Source: a virus (taxonomy: Duplodnaviria; Caudoviricetes). From it: a stretch of 64,000 nucleotides of DNA. Of the stretch, positions 1-7,879 are shown piece by piece. A program made the translations under genes and the position numbers. How positions within the stretch are numbered: the stretch's first letter is position 1; each line of letters begins with the position of its first letter. The stretch is taken from positions 2,765 to 66,764 of IMG/VR virus record IMGVR_UViG_3300047160_014550. The stretch is one strand, 5' to 3'. The notes under the pieces are model-generated. The model ran no database searches. It was not told the origin of the DNA and saw only the letters and a list, made by a program, of their open reading frames with translations.

Positions 1-1
1 G

Positions 2-415
2 AATCCATTTCCGGGCAGCAACGCTTCGTCGGGCGTTTATGACGGGTCAATCGTTTCGGAGATTTTCTGGGAATTTACGTCGTCCAATACTGTCGACATG
101 GGACTTAACATTCTCGGGACGGTTCTTGCGTCAACGACGAATGTCCAGGCTGTGTGGACCGTTTCGCGAAGCGGCACGACGACGACGGTGATGAAAAACG
201 GGACGTCGTTGAATACCGGCACCAGCACGGCCACCCAGGTTCCGACCAAGAGCTTTTACCTGGGGGCTCGCAACGGCAACGGAACGGCTCAGTTCTTCGA
301 CGGCGGCAATCAAGTGGCGGCTTTCATCGGAGGGGCTTTGACGACGACCGACAACGGCAACATCCACACCCGGCTCAATACGTACACGACCGCGTTGGGG
401 ACCGCGCAATGCTGA
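2..415 (+). CDS. Partial (5'-truncated) fibre/adhesin-like protein, lectin/LamG-like C-terminus
   Basis: Frame open from base 2 to TGA 413-415; Thr/Gly/Ser-rich beta-type sequence ending FYLGARNGNG...AAFIGGALT; stop overlaps next ATG. Confidence 0.65.
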   Translation, partial: NPFPGSNASSGVYDGSIVSEIFWEFTSSNTVDMGLNILGTVLASTTNVQAVWTVSRSGTTTTVMKNGTSLNTGTSTATQVPTKSFYLGARNGNGTAQFFDGGNQVAAFIGGALTTTDNGNIHTRLNTYTTALGTAQC

Positions 416-1722
416 GACTGGTTTCGCTTGCCCTTATGATCTTTCTGGCTGGCGCGCTTTACGTGCGGGCGCAGACCTACGGGTTTCTCGGAGCCAACAT
501 CGCAGGCGTTGGCAGCTACCAGGGCATCGGTGACGTCAAGGCAGGAGCTGTGCTCTATGTGTCATCGGGATCGTGTTATACGGCGGCGTATCCTGGGAAC
601 ATAGCTATCATCAAAGACACTGTGACTAATGTTACATCGACGACGCTGGGCTGTACGACCGGCGTCGTGGCAAAAACGGCCGGCAGCACTCTGACGACGA
701 CCTGTACCAGTTTTTGTTATACGAATACCGCATACGATCAGACTCTCAGCACATCCTGCACGGGGGGTTCCGGTGCGGCGAATTGCATTTTTACCAATTA
801 TCCGGCGTCGGGATCGCAGTGGAACCAGTACCAAAATCCGACCTACAACGTACCGGCTCCCAATGGAACGACGCGGTGCGATCATTATGCCGGGTATGGA
901 GATGGAAATTACAATATCACCAGCATGACCAGCTACAATTCTACGACCGGGGTTGTGACGGTCGTGGTGTCGCCGGTTGCCGGGGGGAGCGTCTGGGTCT
1001 TAGCGAATGGCTATAACTTTCTCAAGGTAGGAACCATCACCGGCACCGGCACCGATATTGCGACGATCTCCGGCGGAATATATCCTCTTGTGGCGCCGAC
1101 CACGACGGGGGCTCCCAGCGGTCCTTTGCAGATTTCGTTCAAGGTGGCGCCATCGCTGAACCTTCTCACCATGACGGCCGGAACCATTTATCAGGTTCCG
1201 CAAACGCTCAACAACACGACGAATGGGTACAGCACCACGAGTGGGTTCGGGCCATATTCCACTCCTTATACCGTGTTGTGGATGGGAGCGCCGGACGGCT
1301 ATCAGGACGCCGGGTCTTCAGGCGGTCCCAACGCCAACAACCTCCAGTCTGACACGTTTCCCAGCATGCCGGGAAGTACGACATGGGGCAGTCCCACGAG
1401 CACACCCTCAAGGGCCGACCTCGGGATGGTCAGCAATGCCAGCGACGCACCGAATTTCGGCAGCATCTATCGCACTGTCACGGCCGGTTCCTGGCATTCG
1501 GTGTTGGCCATGTTCAACGGGGGAAGCTCGAAATTGTGCCTCGAAGGAATCTGCAACCCGGTCAGTCTCAACGTGGCTGCGGCCTGGGGCGGCATGTCGT
1601 ACGGGAACGGCACGGGTGGCTTTGGCTTCGCGCAGTGCGAGATGGCGTTCTATGCAAGCGACGTGACGGCCTTTGCGAACGCGTTCTACGCAAATCAGAA
1701 GATCAGGCTCGGGAATTTCTGA
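409..1722 (+). CDS. Secreted-type Thr/Gly/Ser-rich beta protein (fibre/adhesin-like) with Sec signal peptide
   Basis: ATG 409 overlaps upstream stop; N-terminus MLRLVSLALMIFLAGALYVRA-Q; the listed ORF extension 154-408 is out-of-frame overlap with the upstream gene. Confidence 0.7.
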   Translation: MLRLVSLALMIFLAGALYVRAQTYGFLGANIAGVGSYQGIGDVKAGAVLYVSSGSCYTAAYPGNIAIIKDTVTNVTSTTLGCTTGVVAKTAGSTLTTTCTSFCYTNTAYDQTLSTSCTGGSGAANCIFTNYPASGSQWNQYQNPTYNVPAPNGTTRCDHYAGYGDGNYNITSMTSYNSTTGVVTVVVSPVAGGSVWVLANGYNFLKVGTITGTGTDIATISGGIYPLVAPTTTGAPSGPLQISFKVAPSLNLLTMTAGTIYQVPQTLNNTTNGYSTTSGFGPYSTPYTVLWMGAPDGYQDAGSSGGPNANNLQSDTFPSMPGSTTWGSPTSTPSRADLGMVSNASDAPNFGSIYRTVTAGSWHSVLAMFNGGSSKLCLEGICNPVSLNVAAAWGGMSYGNGTGGFGFAQCEMAFYASDVTAFANAFYANQKIRLGNF

Positions 1723-1723
1723 C

Positions 1724-4654
1724 ATGAGCAAGCTCATCGATCGCATTCGGGCGCGTATCCGGGGCGAGGACAAGTACGTTTACACCTACGAGAATGCTCC
1801 AAAGGACGATTACGTCGATCGCTGGAACCATCTTCGCATAGCTCGACGTAATTTTCTGATTCCGACTGCGGTTGGTGTAGTCGGTATCGGAATGTACGAT
1901 GCGGAGCGTCAGGCGGCATTGGCTCAGACAACGACGCCGTTCTCGTCGTGGCCGCTGCGGTCCTCGATTGGCGGCGTCTCTCCCGCCGCCCCCGGAACGA
2001 CGCCTACGGCAGGCACATCACAGCGGACCTTTGCCGATCGGGTTTGGGACAGCGGCGTCAACGTTCTTGAGTTCTATCCTGCTCTGCTTTTGGCCGGATC
2101 GCCGTTCACACCAACGCCCGGCGTTGGTAAGACGGTGATGAAGAATGCAAATAACCCTCTGAGTAACTTTTATGCCACTCTTGCTGCTGCTCAGATTGAT
2201 TATCCGTTTGCTACCAGTCTGGCTGACGAGATCGACTGGCATGCGTGGCAAGCAGCATTTCTCTACATATACAACCGCGATAACGGCAATGGCGTGGGAA
2301 CCGTGCGGATTCCGACTGGCATCTCGCTCATCAACAGGACCATCCAGTGCGCTTGCAGCGGTATAAATATCATTGGTTCAGGCAATGTGGATTACCCGTC
2401 TCAGATCAGGTGGAATGGGCCTGATGGAACGAAGGATGCTCCTAATTACCAGATGCTGTTTCAATGCACTACCGAGCTTGGAGTTGCAGTCAAGCAGCTT
2501 GGTTCTTCCGTGGGCCAGCAGCAGCTAAATGGCGGAGCACAGAACATCGAGCGCATCCTGTTTCAGGGCAAGTCCGGGTCCATGACGGGCACGGTTGGCA
2601 ATGAGTCGCACTTCATCAGCGGCCTGCGGGTCAGTCAGGGTGGCGGCTTCATGATCAGGCTTTGCGGGTTCGGTGGGACGCTGTGGGACGGACTGGTGTT
2701 CACCGGAGCCCTGACTTGGACCTACGTGGAAAGGAATCTCTTCACGGCCTGCTACCGGGATGCTGTGGCGTTCTGGCCGGTACTTGGCAATTTCTCCACG
2801 ACGATGCACGTCAACGGCAATAATTTCAGCCAATATGGCAGATATGCCATTCTGCTCAACGTGTCGGCCACGGCCGCAACTCCAGTCGTCTACGATAACC
2901 TTTTCGAGCCTCAGACAAATCCCTCGTATTTTACTCTCAATCCGCAATGGTTCCTGCACGGGGTTCCGGCCTCGTGTGCAATAGCAGGGTGTTCGCAAAT
3001 TCACTGGTCCGTGTCATACCTTGAGCTATCCATAGGGAACCTTAGCTTTTTGCACATACTGGATTCCGGGAATGGCGAGTTTTCGGAGCAGTGGGGAACC
3101 GGCGACAGTCCGTCGGTTGTATTTTCAAACAGCGTAAACGTAATTTCCAACACCATCGCTACATGGACGGGCACAAATCTGACACTGTCCGGCACTCAGG
3201 TCGGGACTTGGCAGATCGGCATGACGGTGCAGACGCCGGGTTCGGCGACGGCGCCGTATATTGCGCAGATCACCGGTACGACGACGGCAGGGTCTGCCAT
3301 TGTTACGGGACTGTCTTCCACGTCGGCGCTGTGTCCCGGCCTTGAGGCAACGACGGGCAGTCCTCCCAGCCCAGGGACCAACATTATTCAGGGAACGCTC
3401 ATTCAAAGCGTTGACAGTTCGTCGCAGATTACCCTGAATACGCCGGCTCGTCTTACTGCAACTCAGAACATCATCTTCAGACTGCCGCCCGGCGCTCGCA
3501 TTACCGGGGGGACATTCCCGAATTTTACGGTCAGTCCTTCGTTGACTGTTCCCGGCACGATCGGGGTCAATTCATCGATATTTACGCCGGACGCGCTCGC
3601 CTATCTTGCGGCCAACGGCTACACCGACACGACCGATACCCGCAATTTCTGGTGCGGGGGAAGCACATCAAATTATCCAACTTCCTCCTATCAGCAGACG
3701 CAAGGCAATTATAAGTTTTCCGGTTGGGGAAATATGCATAGCGTAGGCAATATTTCGCTGGCTGCCGCCAACATTAATCAGTTGGACCGTGCCAGTGCGT
3801 CGGTCATGAGCGACTACGCCTTGGACCCGGTCCATGGGCGGGCCGCACTGGCTGTGTGCAGTGCCGGCGTGTTTGATGCAACCAATGGGTTGTTGACGGT
3901 CGATGCAAGCGGGAACTCTTCGCCGTTCCCGTTCGGGACAGGGCAGACGATCTATGGCCCTGGACTTGGTAATATAGCTGGACCTGATCGGGCCTTTGGC
4001 AAGGCCATTGCGCAGATTTCTACAGGCGGTACGGGATCGGGAGGAGCCGGCACCTACAACATGGCTGCGTCAAGTCCCCTCGGAGCTTCATCGGCTCGGG
4101 CCATCTGGGCCATTACCATGACGTCGAAGGATATCGACTCTTTCGGTATCTTTTCCGGTGTCTCCAACAATATTTGGGAAAACACGTATAACGCAAGTGG
4201 TGTTCTTGGGCCAAATCTCACTACCAGTTACGGGAGGTTCTATAATAAGTTGGAAGCACGTTTTGCTCCGCAGGATAATCAGCCGGAATTATGGGTTTTT
4301 GGCCAGTTTACTGTTCGTCAGACAAATAATATTGCTCCGTCGAGTGGGACATTTCTTCAAGGTTCTCGATGGCTTAACTATGGAGCAAAACCTGGAAACT
4401 TTGAAGGATGGATATGCACGACGACTGGAACCATCGGGGCTGGCGGGGTGATCAGTGCCATGGGGCATAATATCGGGCCGACCACAATTGCTAATCTGCC
4501 GACGCCGGTAACGGCTTTGCAGGGAGCCATGGCCTGCGTTACCGATGCCAGCTCGGCAGCCCTCACGTTCGGCAGTGCCATCGGCTCGGGTGGCGGCTCG
4601 AACGTGTATTATGTCTGGTGCAATGGCACGGCCTGGACGGTGATAGGGAAATGA
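1724..4654 (+). CDS. Tailspike/adhesin-like protein with probable pectate-lyase-like beta-helix and short C-terminal module
   Basis: ATG 2 nt after upstream stop; DDxxAxQAA-like entry (DWHAWQAAF...GTVRIPTG) typical of spike beta-helices; RRNFL motif near the N-terminus; ends TVIGK. Confidence 0.7.
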   Translation: MSKLIDRIRARIRGEDKYVYTYENAPKDDYVDRWNHLRIARRNFLIPTAVGVVGIGMYDAERQAALAQTTTPFSSWPLRSSIGGVSPAAPGTTPTAGTSQRTFADRVWDSGVNVLEFYPALLLAGSPFTPTPGVGKTVMKNANNPLSNFYATLAAAQIDYPFATSLADEIDWHAWQAAFLYIYNRDNGNGVGTVRIPTGISLINRTIQCACSGINIIGSGNVDYPSQIRWNGPDGTKDAPNYQMLFQCTTELGVAVKQLGSSVGQQQLNGGAQNIERILFQGKSGSMTGTVGNESHFISGLRVSQGGGFMIRLCGFGGTLWDGLVFTGALTWTYVERNLFTACYRDAVAFWPVLGNFSTTMHVNGNNFSQYGRYAILLNVSATAATPVVYDNLFEPQTNPSYFTLNPQWFLHGVPASCAIAGCSQIHWSVSYLELSIGNLSFLHILDSGNGEFSEQWGTGDSPSVVFSNSVNVISNTIATWTGTNLTLSGTQVGTWQIGMTVQTPGSATAPYIAQITGTTTAGSAIVTGLSSTSALCPGLEATTGSPPSPGTNIIQGTLIQSVDSSSQITLNTPARLTATQNIIFRLPPGARITGGTFPNFTVSPSLTVPGTIGVNSSIFTPDALAYLAANGYTDTTDTRNFWCGGSTSNYPTSSYQQTQGNYKFSGWGNMHSVGNISLAAANINQLDRASASVMSDYALDPVHGRAALAVCSAGVFDATNGLLTVDASGNSSPFPFGTGQTIYGPGLGNIAGPDRAFGKAIAQISTGGTGSGGAGTYNMAASSPLGASSARAIWAITMTSKDIDSFGIFSGVSNNIWENTYNASGVLGPNLTTSYGRFYNKLEARFAPQDNQPELWVFGQFTVRQTNNIAPSSGTFLQGSRWLNYGAKPGNFEGWICTTTGTIGAGGVISAMGHNIGPTTIANLPTPVTALQGAMACVTDASSAALTFGSAIGSGGGSNVYYVWCNGTAWTVIGK

Positions 4655-4842
4655 TCACTCCGCTGGTTCTCGTATGGCTCCTGACAGCGGCCCCGTTCGA
4701 TCCGCCGATCGAGGTCGCGCTTGGTTCGCTTGCTATCTACGGCAGCGCAACGGGAGGCGGCGGCGGGGGAACCGCTTTTCTGGTAGATCAGAGCGGTCAC
4801 CAGCTCGTGACCGACACCGGCAACTCATTGACAGCGAACTAG
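4651..4842 (+). CDS. Small hypothetical protein with hydrophobic N-terminus
   Basis: ATGA overlap with upstream stop; MITPLVLVWLLTAAP...GGGGGG. Confidence 0.55.
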   Translation: MITPLVLVWLLTAAPFDPPIEVALGSLAIYGSATGGGGGGTAFLVDQSGHQLVTDTGNSLTAN

Positions 4843-4846
4843 GGTC

Positions 4847-5632
4847 ATGCTTGCGCAGTACCTCGCCATCACCCACAACCTGCTGCAGAACCCGGCTTCT
4901 GCGGGCAGCGCGCTCTATAACGACACCGACCTGACGAACTACATCAACATTGGCCGGGGCCAGCTCGCGGGCGAGGCCGAGTGCATCCGCGCCGAGCTTT
5001 TCACCAACACGGTCGCCAATCAGCCAACCTACTCGTTCGTGAGCATCATCCAGTCGACGCCGCTTCCGCCCGGCGTTGCGGGCATCTTCAACATCCGGCG
5101 CATCCAGCTCCAGTCTTTTACGACGACGGGGCGGCAGTGGGTCTACAACCGGTCCTGGGAGTGGTTCGATTTCTACCACAACGCCCAGAGCCCGGCCGTG
5201 TTCGGGCCGCCCCGGCGTTGGGCGCAGTTCGGGCAGGGGTCGTCCGGCACACTCGTTCTTGGCGAGACGGCTCCCAACCTGATGAACTCGGGGTCGTTCT
5301 TTCTCGACCCGATCCCCGACGGCGCCTACCTCATCTACCTCGACTGCAACTGCTACCCGCTCGTGCTCACAGCCGACACCCAGTACGAGGCCATTCCCTA
5401 CCCCTGGACCGACGCCATCCCGTTCTGGGCCGCGTGGTACGCGTTGATGTCCTCGCAGACTGCCGCGCGCATGGCGGATGCGGAAAAGTTCAAGTCGATC
5501 TACGATGATTTTGTCCGCCGTGCCCGGCAGGCGTCGAATCCCGTGCCGGGACGCTGGAAATACGAGCAGGCCGTCGATCCGGTGCAGATGGCGAAGATCC
5601 TGCAGGTGCATCAGCAGCGGGGTGCCGCATGA
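4847..5632 (+). CDS. Head-tail adaptor / tail tubular protein A-like, paralog 1
   Basis: Position before the nozzle gene; motifs YINIGRGQLAGEAECIR, WAQFGQG, YPW.DAIPFWAA shared with the next two genes. Confidence 0.65.
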   Translation: MLAQYLAITHNLLQNPASAGSALYNDTDLTNYINIGRGQLAGEAECIRAELFTNTVANQPTYSFVSIIQSTPLPPGVAGIFNIRRIQLQSFTTTGRQWVYNRSWEWFDFYHNAQSPAVFGPPRRWAQFGQGSSGTLVLGETAPNLMNSGSFFLDPIPDGAYLIYLDCNCYPLVLTADTQYEAIPYPWTDAIPFWAAWYALMSSQTAARMADAEKFKSIYDDFVRRARQASNPVPGRWKYEQAVDPVQMAKILQVHQQRGAA

Positions 5633-6396
5633 GCTTCAACACCTATCACCAGCAGACGACCCGTCTTTTAAGGGAAGAAAGACAGGATCTGCTCGATCCG
5701 GCCGACATCGCCGAATACATCAACATGGCTCGCGGGCAGGTGGCCGGCGAGGGCGAGTGCATCCGTGTCGACGGCACGATCTCGACCGTCGTGGGCCAGC
5801 GGGCCTACCAGTACAGCGCCATCAACGTCGGCACTCAGGCTACTTCGGGCGTGGCTGGCGTGATCCACGTCCGGCGCATCTCCTGGCAGGTCGCGCAGGG
5901 ACGAAAGTTCGTCCGGCCCAAGCCCTGGCCCTGGTTCGACCTCTACTACCTCAACCAGCCGGTCACGGCGAACGGCCCGCCCATGTACTGGTCGCAGTTC
6001 GGCCAGGGCGCGACGCCGACGGGCTCCTCGGGCGGGGGCGGAACAACCTTCGGCGGCTCGTTCTACCTCGAACCGCCGCCAGACCAAGCCTACGGTCTTT
6101 TTTGCGATTGCGTGTGCTACCCGCAGCCGCTCCAGTACAACACCGACGTCGATGCCCTGCCCTACCTGTGGTCGGACGCGGTGCCGTTCCTCGCTGCGTG
6201 GTATGCCCTCGTGGCGCTTCAGAGCCAAGCCAAGGGCGATCCGCAGGCGATGATGGCGAACTACAACCTTTTCGTGCAAAAGGCCCGCCAATACGCCAAT
6301 CCGTCGCCCAACCGGGTCATCTACGAGCAGGCGAACGACCCGGTGCAGATGGCCAAGGTCATGGTCGGAGGCGGCAAAGCCTCGCCGCATGGGTAA
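5629..6396 (+). CDS. Head-tail adaptor-like, paralog 2
   Basis: YINMARGQVAGEGECIR, WSQFGQG, YLWSDAVPFLAA, EQANDPVQMAK align with paralog 1. Confidence 0.65.
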   Translation: MSFNTYHQQTTRLLREERQDLLDPADIAEYINMARGQVAGEGECIRVDGTISTVVGQRAYQYSAINVGTQATSGVAGVIHVRRISWQVAQGRKFVRPKPWPWFDLYYLNQPVTANGPPMYWSQFGQGATPTGSSGGGGTTFGGSFYLEPPPDQAYGLFCDCVCYPQPLQYNTDVDALPYLWSDAVPFLAAWYALVALQSQAKGDPQAMMANYNLFVQKARQYANPSPNRVIYEQANDPVQMAKVMVGGGKASPHG

Positions 6397-7325
6397 TGGG
6401 CACGCTTAACGGCTACATGCAGGCGACCCAGCGGTTTCTGCGCGAGCAGAAGCAGGATTTTATCGATCCCGACGACCTGATCGGCTTTGTGAACCGTTCG
6501 CGACGCGAAACCGCGATGCGGACCAAGTGCTTGCGGGGCTTGACGCCCATCAGTGGGCAGATCGTGAGCTGGACGATCGAGAATCCCGGCTCCGGGTACT
6601 CGACAACCCCGACTTTGACGATCACGCCGCCGGATTTTCCTTCCGGCGTGCTCCCCAAGCCCAACGGCGATCAGGCGACCGCCACCGCGATCGTCACAGG
6701 GGGCAAAATCGCCTCGATTCAGAGCCAATACGGCGGCCAGGGCTATTGGCAGCCTCAGATGACCATCACCGACCCGACCGGGCACGGGGCGACGGCGGTG
6801 CCGGTCATGGCCTACATCAACCAGCTCCAGCAAGGGCAGGAGGTTTATCCGTTTTCCTCGGTCGATCTTCGTCTTTTTCCGGGTGCGGCCTCGATCTTCA
6901 CCATTCGCAGCGTATCCATTCTCTTCAGCGGCTTTCGCTACTCGTTGGCCTGCTACGATTTTTCGACCTATCAGTCATTGGTAAGACAGTGGGCACTCCA
7001 GTGGCAGTACGTGCCAGTTATATGTGCCCAATATGGACAAGGTACAGGTGGTTCTTTCTATATGTACCCTATTCCATCTCAACCATTCCAAATGGAGTGG
7101 GACTGTTTCTTTCTGCCGTCAGACCTCGTGGATGATCAGAGCTACGATCCAATTCCCGATCCCTGGTGTGACTCAATCCCTTATTTTGCGGCTCACCTCG
7201 GTTACTTATCGTTGCAGAATCTCAACGCTGCCAAATTTTACCTTGATCTCTACGACACCATGGTGGGACGGCATTCGTCCTATGCCCGACCCGGACGAGC
7301 CGTGAACCCATATGGTCGCATCTAG
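6396..7325 (+). CDS. Head-tail adaptor-like, paralog 3, with GSGY-type insertion
   Basis: ATG 6396 overlaps TAA; FVNRSRRETAMRTKCLR, CAQYGQG, PDPWCDSIPYFAA; inserted NPGSGYSTTPTLTI...GATA module. Confidence 0.65.
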   Translation: MGTLNGYMQATQRFLREQKQDFIDPDDLIGFVNRSRRETAMRTKCLRGLTPISGQIVSWTIENPGSGYSTTPTLTITPPDFPSGVLPKPNGDQATATAIVTGGKIASIQSQYGGQGYWQPQMTITDPTGHGATAVPVMAYINQLQQGQEVYPFSSVDLRLFPGAASIFTIRSVSILFSGFRYSLACYDFSTYQSLVRQWALQWQYVPVICAQYGQGTGGSFYMYPIPSQPFQMEWDCFFLPSDLVDDQSYDPIPDPWCDSIPYFAAHLGYLSLQNLNAAKFYLDLYDTMVGRHSSYARPGRAVNPYGRI

Positions 7326-7849
7326 TGGTTGTATTTAGACCATTCTGCGCCGTGAAGCTGCTGAGCAGCTTTGCAAGCAGCTGCATAGGCTTCTTCGGCC
7401 GTTTTAAAGACGCCAAGGTTATGCCGCTTGCCGTGAACTTTGACGCCGGCAATGTAGAATTGACAGGTCTTTCGGGTTACAAGCGTGACTCCTTTGTATC
7501 CTGTGGTGTTGTTTTTCTGCTTGCCTCTATTTCGATGGTTTTCGGAAGACGTGGCAGCTCGCAAATTGCACCAACGATTGTCCGTACCGTCTTCGTTGAT
7601 GTGGTCGATTTCGTATCGTGGCCACTCGCCCGTCATCAACAACCAAATGATGCGGTGGGCCATGTATTTACGACCGTTTATTCCTATTTTCATGCGATTT
7701 CCATTACGATAGCACGCAATTTGTCCGGGCTTTGTCTTTCTGCCAAATGGATTTTTCCACCGCAGAACGCCGGTTTCTGGATCGTAATTAAGAGCGTGCT
7801 TTACGCAGAGCTGCGTAAGGTCTTGTTGAGCGTTTTTGTGTCCTCGCAT
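7322..7849 (-). CDS. HNH homing endonuclease with C-terminal AP2 domain
   Basis: L.YDPETG.L.W, YMAHRIIW, IDHINEDGTDNRWCNLR, NNTTGYKGV, LGVFKTAEEA; GGAGG RBS before ATG 7849; lower GC than neighbours. Confidence 0.9.
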   Translation of the reverse strand: MRGHKNAQQDLTQLCVKHALNYDPETGVLRWKNPFGRKTKPGQIACYRNGNRMKIGINGRKYMAHRIIWLLMTGEWPRYEIDHINEDGTDNRWCNLRAATSSENHRNRGKQKNNTTGYKGVTLVTRKTCQFYIAGVKVHGKRHNLGVFKTAEEAYAAACKAAQQLHGAEWSKYNH

Positions 7850-7879
7850 GCTCGATTCCTCCCGGTAGGAGGATAGCAC

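Noticed and set aside
154-408. N-terminal extension of the 522-aa ORF
   Set aside because: It is an out-of-frame overlap with the upstream gene; the coherent protein starts at ATG 409
5478-6395. First half of the listed 615-aa ORF
   Set aside because: It is a shadow frame of adaptor paralog 2; the real gene starts at ATG 6396
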